DNA of 64,000 bases from Alphaproteobacteria bacterium (GCA_964291675.2 OZ219865.1:192001-256000); one strand, 5' to 3'. Shown: positions 1 through 11,229, counted from the stretch's first letter. Notes: generated from the letters alone by a model not told the origin. Program-made: numbers and translations.

Positions 1-272
1 CACCGTAGCAGGCCCTCATTTTGTCGATTTCAGTCAGATAACGCGCCGCGATATCGTTCGGCCCGCCATCGGTCGTCATCGCAAGCAGCCTGCGCCTCAA
101 CTCGGCGCAAGGTACCGACACTATGTTGTATGACCCCCTCCAGCTATCAGAGGGCACTTGCTTGGTTACCACGCGCTTGATCGTGATCTGTGAAGTGAAG
201 TCTTGACCGTCTTCGAACTCAAATTGAATCAACAGCATGAGACCGTCCGCGTCGGGATTCTCAGCAACTGCC
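1..272 (-). pseudogene. Detached 3' part of the HNH-NACHT gene, beyond the IS256 insertion
   Basis: Removing the IS and one TSD copy restores the frame ...LAQAV-AENPDADGLMLLIQFEFEDG...LTEIDKMRACYG, open to the window edge. Confidence 0.85.
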
Positions 273-1722
273 GGTCGTGTCCCCAGACGTGGTGTAGGAG
301 CTCTGGCCTTGGTTTGTAGCTGTGGGTAAGCAGCGCGCCGCCGCGACCGCCGCGAGTCTGGCGGCGGCGGGCTGCTTATCCACAGCGGAGGCCATCGCGG
401 TTCCGGTTTAGGGTTGGGTCGTGCAACGCCAACCCGAACCTGAGGAGGAACCGCGATGACCGACGACATGATGGCCCTGCGCGGGCTTTTGGAGAAGAGT
501 TCCGACGCCGATCTGCTGCGCGAGATGATCGGCTTCTCGGCCGAGCGTCTGATGGCGCTGGAGGTGGAAGGGCTGACCGGCGCCGCCCATGGCGAGCGCA
601 CGCCGGAGCGGATCACGCAGCGCAACGGCTACCGCGAGCGGGCCTGGGAGACCCGCGCCGGCACGGTGGCGCTGAGGATCCCGAAGCTCAGGACGGGGAG
701 CTACTTCCCCGGCTTCCTGGAACCGCGCCGGATGGCCGAGAAGGCACTCACGGCGGTGATCCAGGAGGCCTACATCCAGGGCGTGTCGACGCGCTCGGTC
801 GACGACCTGGTGCAGGCGATGGGGATGTCGGGCATCTCCAAGAGCCAGGTGTCCAGGCTGTGCGCCGAGATCGACGACAAGATCGAGAGCTTCCTCGACC
901 GGCCGCTGGAGGGCGAGTGGCCCTATCTGTGGCTGGATGCGACCTATATCAAGATGCGCGAGATCGGGCGCATCGTCCCGGTCGCGGTGACCGTCGCGGT
1001 GGCGGTCAACGACCAGGGCCGGCGCGAGGTGCTCGGCATGGCGATCGGCCACTCCGAGGCCGAGACCTTCTGGACCGCCTTCCTGCGCGCGCTGACCGGC
1101 CGCGGGCTCAAGGGCGTCAAGCTGGTGATCTCCGACGACCACAAGGGGTTGAAGGCCGCCGCGACCCGCATCCTCGGCGCCACCTGGCAGCGCTGCCGCA
1201 TCCACTTCATGCGCAACCTGCTGGCCCATGCCGGCCGTCAGGGAAGGCGCGTCGTGTCTGCCTTCGTCGCCACCGCCTTCGCCCAGGACGACGCCCAGGC
1301 CGCGAGCGCCCAGTGGCGCCTGGTCGCCGACCAGCTCAGGCCCAAGGCGCCCAAGCTCGCCACCCTCATGGACGACGCCGAGCACGACGTCCTCGCCTAC
1401 ATGACCTTCCCCAGGGAGCACCGAACCAAGCTCCACTCGACCAACCCCATCGAGCGGGTCCATGCCGAGATCAAGCGCCGAACCAACGTCGTCGGCATCT
1501 TCCCCAACGAAGACGCCGTCACCCGCCTGGTCGGCGCCATCCTGCTCGAGCAGAACGACGAGTGGGCCGTCGCAAGGAGATACATGACACTGGAATCCAT
1601 CGCTCAGACCAGCGACAATCTCACCGTCAAGCCGCCCGCCGTGGCAGCCTGACCCTACCGGCCCAACACGCCGGATACCGCGATCGGCGCCGGGCTCTTA
1701 CACCACGTGGCGGGACACGATC
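273..1722 (+). mobile_element. IS256-family insertion sequence, apparently complete (1450 bp)
   Basis: Imperfect terminal IRs (left ggtcgtgtccccagacgtggtgtaggagctc; right rev-comp gatcgtgtcccgccacgtggtgtaagagccc); 8-bp direct repeat caactgcc at 265-272 and 1723-1730. Confidence 0.95.
456..1652 (+). CDS. IS256-family (Mutator-type DDE) transposase
   Basis: Motifs [51 protein letters not shown]; RBS gaggagg upstream. Confidence 0.97.
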   Translation: MTDDMMALRGLLEKSSDADLLREMIGFSAERLMALEVEGLTGAAHGERTPERITQRNGYRERAWETRAGTVALRIPKLRTGSYFPGFLEPRRMAEKALTAVIQEAYIQGVSTRSVDDLVQAMGMSGISKSQVSRLCAEIDDKIESFLDRPLEGEWPYLWLDATYIKMREIGRIVPVAVTVAVAVNDQGRREVLGMAIGHSEAETFWTAFLRALTGRGLKGVKLVISDDHKGLKAAATRILGATWQRCRIHFMRNLLAHAGRQGRRVVSAFVATAFAQDDAQAASAQWRLVADQLRPKAPKLATLMDDAEHDVLAYMTFPREHRTKLHSTNPIERVHAEIKRRTNVVGIFPNEDAVTRLVGAILLEQNDEWAVARRYMTLESIAQTSDNLTVKPPAVAA

Positions 1723-4700
1723 CAACTGCCTGTGCAAGGACCGAAAGGCCCGGCGGAGGTGGCACGCTCGCCAATGTACGATAAACACGTAGTCGCAGTT
1801 CGGAGTACTGATCCATCAAACTCGCTAGGCGTCTGCTCATGTCCGATGCGCCGCCTCTATCCGCTCGATCCAACACACCTCCCGCTATCAGGTCTACAAG
1901 ACGCGACGCAGCGGACATGGTTCCTCGGCCGCACACGGAATCACGCCATTCCCGGCTTGAATATAGCTGAGGCTCATTTTCTGCGAGCTGAAAGAGCGCG
2001 TCTTCTGCATCGTCTCCGGGCGCATATTGTAACGCGCCTACCACTTCTTCCAACACAGCCATTGTCCAGTGTGGTTGGGGTAGGTCTTTTAGGATGTCGA
2101 TAATCTCCGAAGGGCCATTTGTGAACGGAAGAGCCATCAGCAAATCCTGTAGCTCACGCCCCTGCATGAGAATCCAAGGTTGTTCTTCACCGGCTTCTAA
2201 CAACTCCGCAATGCCTTGCTTTACCAGTTCTACATCGATTAGCTCCCCAGAGAGGATGAGGTTGGTCAGGAGTGGCCCACGGCTCCGCCAGTCAACCATG
2301 TCGAGCAGGGCGTCAAATAAGTCTCTTCTCACGCCGTGTGGAAGGCCAGCAGCAACAGTGCCGAGGGCGACTGCACGATTCTTTGCGTCGTCCGTAGCCT
2401 TTTCAGCAATCAGCTTCTCCACGGCCGAGAAGATGGCATCGGCTTCCGCAGATGACACGTTTGGCTCTTTTTCTCTCGCTTCTCGCTTCTCGCCGATTCG
2501 AGAAAAATCCCTCGACCGTATCCACCACATGTCGTCGCGAGGTTCGTTTGTCTCTCGCCATTGACCTGCGAGTACCAATGCAGCTAGTTCGCCAAAGTCT
2601 TCATCAAACAGATAACTTTTCATCAACTCCGTTGTCTCAGGACAACGAATTGCAAGAAAGGCATTTTGGTACCAATTGATCCAAGACATTCGTGCTTCGT
2701 TTGTGGCGATACCCTCGCGGTAGCCCTCTGCGTGCGCTTGCTCCCTGAATGCTCGCCAGCGTCGCAATTCCTCGTTCAGCAGCCGCTCCAAGACTCCAAG
2801 CAGTCGCGGTGATGGCGCATGACCTGCTAGCGATGCCACCGAGGCGAGCTGCTCACGTGTTGAATCAGGCGAAGCTAGCAGCGCCTGCCCCCAGTCCTCT
2901 ACATACTTCGCAATTGTGTCGTGGGCTTCGACATTGAACGGCCGACCTCCCCTGTGAACTCCATCCCCTTGACGACGAATTAAATTCGTGAACTCACGTA
3001 TCTGGTGATTGCTCGCGTCCTTGGATCGCAAGCGGATTGCAGTAAGTAGATGCGTCGTCTTTGCGGATCCGATACGGCCCCTTATGACACTGTGGCGCTT
3101 AGCGGCCTCCTCATCATGCCTTCCATCGCGATCTTGCACCCGTTCTTCCAACTCCAACATCCGGTCAATCAACCGGCCCACCGCTTGAGGCCCGAGCAAC
3201 GACGCCGCGACATCGGCACGGTAATCGCGACGGCCCTCGGAGAGTGCAATGTCCAGAATGGCCTCATCCTCCACTGCAAACTCGGCTTCGGCCATAAGCT
3301 CGGCCGCCTGACCTGGAAGTTCGAGGCCCGCGCGCACGCGTGCAAGGATGCCTTCTGCCACGGCGCGCGGGAAGCGCTCACTCGCACCGTGAATGAGCTT
3401 TGCGACACCGTCGTTTCTTTCCGTGATTTCAGCTTCCGTAATCGCTATCGCTAGTTCAGCCTCTGTGTCGTCACCTTCCGGGCCATTGAGCAACGCGGAG
3501 ATTCGATCATAGGGCGGGAATCCCCGCGCCCGGCTCCGCTCACGTGCGGCCGCGAGCCTCTCTGCGACGCTACTTTTGGTTACGCGGTCGAATAGGTTCC
3601 TCTTTACCAATTGATCAAACACTTCGTTTTCAGCATCATGCAGCACGTCTATGATGTGTCGATCGGCCCGTCGGAACGCGAGCGCCTCGGCTACCGCTAC
3701 CCTCACTTCGGCTGCAGGATCAGTCTTGGCTACCGCCGCCGCGAGATCCAGTCCGTCCAGTCCACTGTCAAAAACTATTTCGGCAAGAATGCCTTCTCGA
3801 AGTTTTGCTGGGAGTGCTCGAATTCTGTCAGCCCCTTCGATACCTAATATTGAGGGTCGAAAGCGTCTGCTAGAACGTAGGGAGGCAATCTGGACTTGAT
3901 CGTCTACGTTCGTCATCAGTGGCCAGACGTACTCAAGGAAATCCTCGTGACCCGAAGTGAGCATGAATCTGACGGCATGATCGACCGTTCCGCGGGTATG
4001 CCAGCAATCAACAAAGCCCAGAACGTTCGATTTCACGCGCTGCCACACTGCGTCAGTGGATCGGTAGATCATTTCCGCGGAGAGGATAGGGTCCAGTTCA
4101 AGGGCAACAAGAATGGCTTCGCCGCAGGCCGCTTGCTCCGCCTCGTCTCCGCGCGCCAGTCGTTCACATGCAAATAGAATGGGTTCTTCCCACGCTCGCT
4201 GATCAAGAACGTCTGCCTTCAACTCACCGAGTGAGCGCTCATCGCTGACGCTCTGGCGCATTAGATTTTCCACGAAGTGAGAGGCATACCATTCCTGTAT
4301 TTGCTGGTGTTGGAACGAATAACCATGTGGTTTGTCGATTCTAATCAGAACATGGTGATCGACAAATATCTCAAGCACCTCACGGGGCTCGGGTCTGGCC
4401 GAAATCTGACCTTCCACAACGAAGACCTCACTGCTGTCCGAAATGGCGCTGCGTGCGGTGACCTCGACAATGGTTGTGTTCGCCGCGCGGGTCGCAGTAG
4501 CTCCTAAGTCTGCCAGGTACCGTTCGTGTAAGCCGTGCGTGACCTGTCTCAGCGCCTCAGCTTTCGGGTAGTCCCCTTCGTGAACCGCAACGAAATGTCG
4601 CAGAACCTCTTCTTTCGTCGACGGGATTGGTTTGCCTTCGGGAAGAGAGAGTAGCGCACTTAAGTACAAGGGGATCGTCACAAGTTCGCGCACGCCGGGC

Positions 4701-5731
4701 GTGCGCCACGCTTCATCTAGCAAGCGCTCGCCCGAGTCGCCACGCAACGCCCGAGCGATTTCAATCTGCTCTGTCTCGTTGAGCGATGGGAGAGATACCC
4801 GTTTGCCATCGATCGGAACATCAAGTGCTTGCTTGCGAGTCGCTATTAGCAGGTTGAGATCGGGCAGCTCCATTTTCAGCCGCCTAAGCTCGGCTGCCGC
4901 ACGTTGGCGTGAGTCGGCGTCCAGTTCGTTCCAGCCGTCTAGCAGCAGGAACACACCGGGGTTGGCTGCAATGCGTCGGAATTCGTTTTCTGCAACGCCT
5001 CGGAAGCTAGCTCGCTCCAAGATTGATTCGATCAGCGACAAGTCGCTCGTCGACCACTCGCCAAGAGGAACTACGATTGGCGATCCATACCCGTTCTCCA
5101 AGACTGCTTCAGCCAATTGAAACACCGCGGTCGTCTTGCCCATCCCGGGTTCGGCGACGACGACTAGATCGTCAAGGGTTGCAAGCGCCGCTGCCAGTCC
5201 TGATGTGCTGACTCGTTCATCAAGGCCATCCACTCGAAACGTCCTAGAGATTGCATTGGCCGACCAGGTGTCCGCGCGGCGAAAGGCTTCTAGATTTTTG
5301 ACGGCGACAACTCGCAGGACTTCATACATCTCGTCATCCCCAGGCTTGGGGATTGCACCCTCTTTCATCGGATCGAAATACGTGACACGGCGCCATGACC
5401 AAGCACTTGCGTTCCGCTTCCATTCGTGAAGTAACTCAACGGTGAACATCGGGTCTTGGCTATCCACAAGCCTGGCGTGTGTCTCACACAACCAAACTCC
5501 GTTACGTGCGGACTTTCGATCTTCTGGCGACATATCGGAATCGTATCGGGGGCCGCCAGGAGCCGCGGCGCATATGTGAGCAGCGACCCCAATATCGTTT
5601 ACGCCGTCGCCTTCTGAATTTGAACCGACGGTAGGCCGACGACACCAGGGGCAAGAACAGTGCCAGCCAGCTTGCTTTCCGATCTGGCGTCTTGTCGGCT
5701 CTGTAAAATTATCTCGCCTAGAAGTGCTCAT
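1723..5731 (-). pseudogene. HNH endonuclease-NACHT/STAND NTPase (NLR-like putative defence protein), interrupted near its C-terminus by IS256
   Basis: N-terminal CSCPWC...AAHICAAAPGGPRYD...NGVWLCETH (HNH-type); Walker A AEPGMGKTT; Walker B LLLDGWNE; PLYL and FQHQQIQEW winged-helix-like motifs; long helical C-terminal region; visibly lower GC than the backbone; start taken at MSTSRRDNF. Confidence 0.85.
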
Positions 5732-5794
5732 TCGGTATCCACTTGCTCGCACAGCACACTGTCAACTGCTCCCCAACGGGCCTTATCGGCGCCG

Positions 5795-5965
5795 TCTCGA
5801 GCTGCCGCCTAATGGATTGCCGGCGAAGCCCCGCGAGCTGATAGCGCAACTTCTCGATGAGGAGGTGGCGGTTGCGTAGGTCGGCCTCTCGGGGGGAGAA
5901 TTCGGCCTGCGCTGAGCGCACCATGCCTTGAAGCGCGGAAACATATTCGGGCAGCGCGACCATGG
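5795..5965 (-). pseudogene. Fragment of IS66-family TnpC N-terminal coiled coil
   Basis: LRNRHLLIEKLRYQLAGLRRQ resembles the IS66 TnpC leucine-zipper region; no DDE domain follows. Confidence 0.55.
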
Positions 5966-6546
5966 CGGTATAGTAGCAGACCAAACCGCCTGTTATTATA
6001 CTCAACCTATTGTATATAAATGTTTTTCATCCTACCGCAAGCGGTCGCCAGGCGTGCCTCGACGCCCGATCGCGGTAGGGACGGCCGTTGCCAGCCGCAC
6101 GGATCCGTACGTGTCCGACTAAGGCATACGGCTCCTACTGCCTGTGTGTGACGAGGGAGCGTTGCTCCGGCCACGGGTGGGTCACCTTTCAGTCTCTTGC
6201 AACTCCGGGATTGCATTGTCCAAGTTCATTTTGAAGAGCCTACACGACCTTCTTGCCTCATACGCGATCCCGCATCCAGACCGGTAGCCGTGCGTCCGTC
6301 AGCCCCGCGGCTGTCCTCGGTTTTCCCAGTGCCATCCCGGTGGCTCCCAGAGTGCCCGTAATCGCATAGCAATCAGCTGAATTCCACAACCAGGCAGTTC
6401 GAGTCGTCGCCAGTCGCGCCCGGCCGGCGTTTCGGCGTCATGACCCGGCATCTCCAATGAGGCCTCCTTCAGCGTCTTCTTGACCTCGATTGTGGGCGAC
6501 GTCGACGCCGAATCGAAACCGCCTCTCCGGTCGCCTGAGCGGCATG

Positions 6547-6750
6547 CTAACGCGCAATCCCTCTGCGATATCGGGACACCTCGGCACCGGGCTCGAAGTC
6601 CCCTTCGATCCAGCTGACGAACTTCTCGGCGTGGCGCGGACAGGCGCCCTTGCTCGCAGGCGCCAGGTTCGATGTCCCCGACTCTGCCAGGTAATCCTCA
6701 AGGGCTTCCCGGACGTGGCTCACGCAGCGGGATACCGGCTTGGCTACCAT
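6547..6750 (-). CDS. Small hypothetical protein (67 aa)
   Basis: MVAKPVSR...VREALEDYLAESGTSNLAPASKG...FVSWIEGDFEPG; protein-like composition inside an otherwise shadow ORF. Confidence 0.45.
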   Translation of the reverse strand: MVAKPVSRCVSHVREALEDYLAESGTSNLAPASKGACPRHAEKFVSWIEGDFEPGAEVSRYRRGIAR

Positions 6751-6979
6751 CGTACCCTGCCTTGGTTGACGGGACGACAGAATAGCACGACCTGCCGTGA
6801 TCCATTGCTGCGCTGACCACGTGGCAGCGGGCGTGGCGGCGCGTGGAGACGGTCGATCGGCCTCGCGGTCAGGTTTCCCGTAAGCGTTCGGCCTGACCGG
6901 CCTTGTGGCGGGTCTGTGCGAAGCCGCAGTTTCCGATGCGATGGTCCAAAGGTCGATGGTGCCCGGAATACCGCTCCGG

Positions 6980-7111
6980 GGTCTGCCGCTCGCCTTCGGC
7001 CGGTTCCTCGGGCATAACCGCCATCGCACCACGGCGGGCTACGCCTGCCTTGCCGATGCGCACCTGGTCGAAGCGGCGGAGAAGTTCGGAGCATTCATCG
7101 CCGCCGCGATG
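6980..7111 (+). pseudogene. C-terminal remnant of a tyrosine recombinase/integrase
   Basis: LPLAFGRFLGHNRHRTTAGYACLADAHLVEAAEKFG matches the LGH...TTxxY box II catalytic region; no upstream domain. Confidence 0.7.
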
Positions 7112-7192
7112 ACGAGTCAGCGCCCACGACCGATAACCCATCGACAACAGCACCGCAGCGCTCCTGGTCACGGAGCACGTCGAAAGCGCGCA

Positions 7193-7834
7193 TCAATCGG
7201 GCGCGGCCGTCTCGCCCGTGTAGAAGGCCGCCGTGCGCTGCGCCGCTGCGCGCGCAACGTCACGGTCCGTTCCCGCTGCCTCGGCCGCCCGGCCCCACGC
7301 CGCGCTGCTTCCGACGAGGAGCGCCCTTCCGTCACGGGTCGTGTGGAACGTTGCAGCGTCCAGCTTGGGTTCGTTCGGCCGCGCAAGATGCAGTTCCATC
7401 CCCAGCAGGCCCATCTCCCAACCGACGCCGACGGCACCGGGTCCGAACGTGTGCCAGTGGTCGGACATCAGCGCGGTATGCGTAATCGCAAGGCGCGAGC
7501 GGCCGGCACCATCGCTGCACAGACGCGCCTCCACCCAGCTCACGTCACCGCCGATCTCCCACGTCAGCCCGAGATGCGAGGGAGGCTCGCAGTGCATGAT
7601 CGTGCCGCCTGCGTTTCCCTCCAGCTGGTAGCGACCACCGGGTTCCAGGCGCCCGCTGACCGGCAGGAACCAGCGCGGGATTCGTTCCGCGCTCGTCACG
7701 GCGTCCCAGAGGTCCTCTGCCGTCGTCGCGTAGCTGCGGGCGAGGGTGACCGCGCGCGCGGCCTGTCCGTCACGCTCAAGGGACGACACTTCGCGCTCCA
7801 CGGCGTCGAGGAGGCATTCGACATCCAGGTCCAT
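7193..7834 (-). CDS. SRPBCC/AHSA1-like (START-fold) protein
   Basis: RSYATTAEDLWDAVTSAERIPRWF...GGRYQLEGNAGG...GAVGVGWE; RBS ggag before ATG 7834. Confidence 0.85.
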   Translation of the reverse strand: MDLDVECLLDAVEREVSSLERDGQAARAVTLARSYATTAEDLWDAVTSAERIPRWFLPVSGRLEPGGRYQLEGNAGGTIMHCEPPSHLGLTWEIGGDVSWVEARLCSDGAGRSRLAITHTALMSDHWHTFGPGAVGVGWEMGLLGMELHLARPNEPKLDAATFHTTRDGRALLVGSSAAWGRAAEAAGTDRDVARAAAQRTAAFYTGETAAPD

Positions 7835-8073
7835 GGCTTCTCCGTTTCGTCGAGCAGGGCGATTATCCATGTACATGCCACTGCGTACTGCAAATCGAGC
7901 CGCGTGGACGATGGCCTGGACCGCCCACGAGGTCGCAGACCGTCCGACAACCGCAAGTCGAGGCCCACCCAGTGGCGACAAGCCTCCTCGAAGCACGGCT
8001 CGGCGAAGTGGCGCGGCTGGACACGGTCGAGTTCATCCGGGCGCCGTTCCCGCCCGGTGTCCACCATCGGTTA

Positions 8074-8320
8074 ATGGACACTATCGGAGGAGGCTTTGCA
8101 GTGGCGCGGCGGACACGCCGTTTCTGGTCGAAGGATGAGAAGCGCCGGATTGTGGCGCAGAATTTCGCGCCGGGCGTTTCGGTGTCCCAGGTCGGGCGCC
8201 GCTACGACGTCAACGCCAACCTGATCTTCAAGTAGCGCCGCGATCCGCGCTATCGGTCGGCGGAGGACGGCGAGGACGCGCCATCCTTCCGGCCGGTGGA
8301 GATGGTGGCGGAGCCGCCAT
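8074..8320 (+). pseudogene. IS66-family TnpA (HTH) pseudogene
   Basis: RRFWSKDEKRRIV...GVSVSQVGRRYDVNANLIFK*RRDPRY...FRPVEMV; TAG at 8233-8235 where a Trp is expected. Confidence 0.75.
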
Positions 8321-8705
8321 CGGATAAGCATCCGGCCTGATCCGCTGGCCGAGCTCATGGCGAGGCACACTGCAAGCGCCACCGAAGATGCTCCCAACAA
8401 CCGCGTCGAATCCTGTCCCACCCTGAACAGCCAAGGCTTTCCCGGCCGGTTCCTTTTCTTCCGATTCTCGCAAATTTGCGCGGGAAGCCAGTTCGTTTAG
8501 ATTGATAAAATATATTCTGAGCAGTTAACAAATCGGCAACAGTGATACGTCGTGGCGTTCGCGCCGCCGCGATCCCGGTCGCCCGCCGTCGACGACCGCC
8601 GCCATCGGTCCTGCCGCCTGCGGGGACGAGCTCACGCCCCAACTGTCGGATTTTCGTTTGCCTTTGACACTGCCGAGCGAATTGCAAGGGGAGAAGTACC
8701 TGGAC

Positions 8706-9428
8706 ATGGAAACGAGGGGACGGAAGAACGCGGCCGGGGATTGGTTGCAATCGGAGATTCTGGACCGCGGCGTTTCGGCCGCGATGATCGTCATGGCCTT
8801 CGCGGGGTTTGCCGTGGGGTTCGCGGTCAGGAGCCTTCCGATCTTCGATTTCGAGACGGGAGCGTTCTGGACTGTGGTGGTTGCGGTCGCGCTTTTTCTG
8901 TCGTTCGGCATGCTCCTGGTGCGGCTCCGGCGCATCGATGCGACCTGGATCCCTGGATTGCGGGCCGAGCGCCGGGTGGGGGACGTCATCGAGCATGCCC
9001 TCGCGCGGCCGGGCTGCGCGTTCGCGCATGACGTCAAGGAAGCCCTCGGCGGTTCGGGCAATGTCGATCACGTCGTGATGACCCCGGTGGGGGTTTGGGT
9101 GGTGGAAACCAAATCGAACTGGCTCGACAAGCGACACTTTCCCCCGGCGCTGCGTCAGGTCGCCGGGAATGTGAGCCGCGTCCGCCGCCATCTCGACACG
9201 TCTCTTCCGGTTCGCGGTGCGCTGATCATCGCCGACCGCTGGGATCGTTCGCTGGAGTCGCGGCACGACTGGAACGGAGAGCCGGTGACGGCGTTCGGTC
9301 TCAAGACGTTCTGGCACCTGCTGCGCGCGGAGGGCGCGCAAGTCGGAGACGGCGGGTCCGCACAGGCTACGGCGAGGGTCGAAAAAGCCGTATGGGACCT
9401 CGGTTCCACCCGCCATCTGGGGTCATGA
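8706..9428 (+). CDS. NERD (nuclease-related domain) protein with two N-terminal TM segments
   Basis: GLRAERRVG...HDV...NVDHVVMTPVGVWVVETKS; hydrophobic stretches at the N-terminus. Confidence 0.85.
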   Translation: METRGRKNAAGDWLQSEILDRGVSAAMIVMAFAGFAVGFAVRSLPIFDFETGAFWTVVVAVALFLSFGMLLVRLRRIDATWIPGLRAERRVGDVIEHALARPGCAFAHDVKEALGGSGNVDHVVMTPVGVWVVETKSNWLDKRHFPPALRQVAGNVSRVRRHLDTSLPVRGALIIADRWDRSLESRHDWNGEPVTAFGLKTFWHLLRAEGAQVGDGGSAQATARVEKAVWDLGSTRHLGS

Positions 9429-10366
9429 ACCGGTGGCGGTGGCGGATTCGTCGACGGATGCGGCGGACGAGGCGGTTCGCGAGGATCCTGATCCTGGCCG
9501 CGATCGCGGCGGGCGCGGCTGCCGCGCTGCCGACTTTCGACCGGAGCGGCATCGGGGCCTCGTCGGGGCGGTTCATCGAGGCTGTTGAACAAGAGGTCGG
9601 TCCAGCCGCGGACCGCGTTGCGGAATGGCTGGAACGACGGGCGCGCGCGACCGGCGACCGCATCGCCGCGCTCACCGGCGAATTCGGCGACACGGCCGAA
9701 ACCGAACGGGAACACCGTGTTCGCGTCTACCGCGGCCCCCCGAACCGGTCGCGCCCGGCGTTGTCGGGCCCGGCGCGGGCTATCGACGGCGACACGCTCG
9801 ACGTGGCGAACGTGCGGGTTCGACTCCACGGCATCGACGCGCCGGAGAGCGCCCAGCGCTGCCGGACCTCCGGTCGGTACTGGCTTTGCGGGCGGGAGGC
9901 AACGCGGGCCCTGGCGGCCCGGATCGGCGGCCGACCGGTGGCATGCGCGGAGCGCGACCGGGACGGTTACGGGCGGGTCGTGGCGGTCTGCGCCGTCGAC
10001 GGGCTGGACCTCAACGAATGGATGACGGCCGAGGGCTGGGCCTTCGCCTACCGGCGCTACTCCGGCGACTATGTCGCCGCGGAGTCGCGTGCGCGCGCGG
10101 CGCGGCGGGGCATCTGGCGCGGCGAGGTCGTGGAGCCTTGGGAATGGCGCCGCGGCAAGCGTCTTCCGGGTTCCGCGCCAGCCGCGCGGCGGGACGGTGG
10201 GCGATGCCGGATCAAGGGGAACATCGGCAGGGACGGAAGGCGCATCTACCATGTGCCGGGCGGGCAATATTACGGCCGGACGCGGATCGACACGTCGCGG
10301 GGCGAGCGCTGGTTCTGCTCGGAGCGCGAAGCGCGGGCGGCGGGATGGCGGCGGTCGAACCGGTGA
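9425..10366 (+). CDS. Thermonuclease (SNase) family protein with C-terminal Cys/His domain (ExoI-like architecture)
   Basis: IDGDTLDV, VRLHGIDAPE, DRDGYGRVVA, GWAFAY, IKGNI...IYHVPG...ERWFCSE; ATGA overlap with the NERD stop. Confidence 0.9.
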   Translation: MNRWRWRIRRRMRRTRRFARILILAAIAAGAAAALPTFDRSGIGASSGRFIEAVEQEVGPAADRVAEWLERRARATGDRIAALTGEFGDTAETEREHRVRVYRGPPNRSRPALSGPARAIDGDTLDVANVRVRLHGIDAPESAQRCRTSGRYWLCGREATRALAARIGGRPVACAERDRDGYGRVVAVCAVDGLDLNEWMTAEGWAFAYRRYSGDYVAAESRARAARRGIWRGEVVEPWEWRRGKRLPGSAPAARRDGGRCRIKGNIGRDGRRIYHVPGGQYYGRTRIDTSRGERWFCSEREARAAGWRRSNR

Positions 10367-10800
10367 GGACGTCCGTCGACGGATGGCCCGATCCCCATTG
10401 GCTCCTATCCAGAGACGCGGATATCGTATGAGCGGTTTCGTCGCGATTCCCGATATCGCGACCAGTTTCCTGCCCGCTGCGCGGGTCTCCACTTGCCCGC
10501 CTTCCACGGACAAGGGTGACTTCCCTGCCAAACCGGGCGTCTCCATGCTTCACCTGCCGCCCTCCGATAGGGGGGCTGCTCCGGGTAGCAGGCCTCGGCC
10601 TTAAACCTCGCGCAGGGTTCGCCCACTCGAGTTGGCCGTGCAACCCGGCTCGCGATGACCCGCCTCGCGATGAGGCCGGCGCCGCCGATCGGCCGTCGAC
10701 GCCGATCCCCTCCACGCGTTGCGATGGCGGGCGCAGGCGCTCGCCCGCATGCGGGATCTCACGGTCCCCGCATTCGACCCTTGCCACCCGGGCGATGCAG

Positions 10801-11229
10801 TCAGTTGCCGGGGTCCAGCTTCGCGAGGACCAACCGCAAGACCTCGACAATCGTACTTTGTTCATCGACTGCGAAGGCCCTGAACACCGTGATCAGCTCA
10901 CCCTCACAGGCGTCCTCGCTCCCTTCACTCAAAACCCGCCGTTCCGATCCCGGATGCGGCGAGCTCCGCGCGATCCGATCGTCCGCCCCCTGCCGTGTGC
11001 CTTTCGGGTGCTGCCCGTTGGCGCCGTTCCGTCTCAGCCATTCCTCGATCAGACCGAACTTCCCGAGCAGGCGAAGGTTCGTCGCTGAAGGCATCGCCAC
11101 GCCTCGTTCCCATTTCCCGATCGTTTTCTCCGAGACGCCCAATTTGCTTCCGAGACTCTCCAGCGTATCCGCGCCGGCCGTTCGCCTGCGTCGAATTTCC
11201 TCGCCGAGTGCGCGATCGACCTTGCCCAT
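10801..11229 (-). CDS. XRE-family HTH transcriptional regulator
   Basis: TLESLGSKLGVSEKTIGKWERGVAMPS; RBS aaaggag before ATG 11229. Confidence 0.85.
   Translation of the reverse strand: MGKVDRALGEEIRRRRTAGADTLESLGSKLGVSEKTIGKWERGVAMPSATNLRLLGKFGLIEEWLRRNGANGQHPKGTRQGADDRIARSSPHPGSERRVLSEGSEDACEGELITVFRAFAVDEQSTIVEVLRLVLAKLDPGN

Noticed and set aside
408-1463. 351-aa antisense ORF over the transposase
   Set aside because: Shadow frame of a GC3-rich gene; no motifs
1655-1722. C-terminus GSCPATWCKSPAPIAVSGVLGR of the 1365-aa ORF
   Set aside because: Read-through into the IS256 right end, not part of the native protein
6880-6905. gtaagcg, resembling an IS66 terminal IR
   Set aside because: No matching partner end or target duplication found; too short to call
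10430-10660. Possible group II intron or IS-associated guide RNA
   Set aside because: No recognisable intron boundaries or domain V, and no RT, TnpB, IscB or IS110 gene nearby
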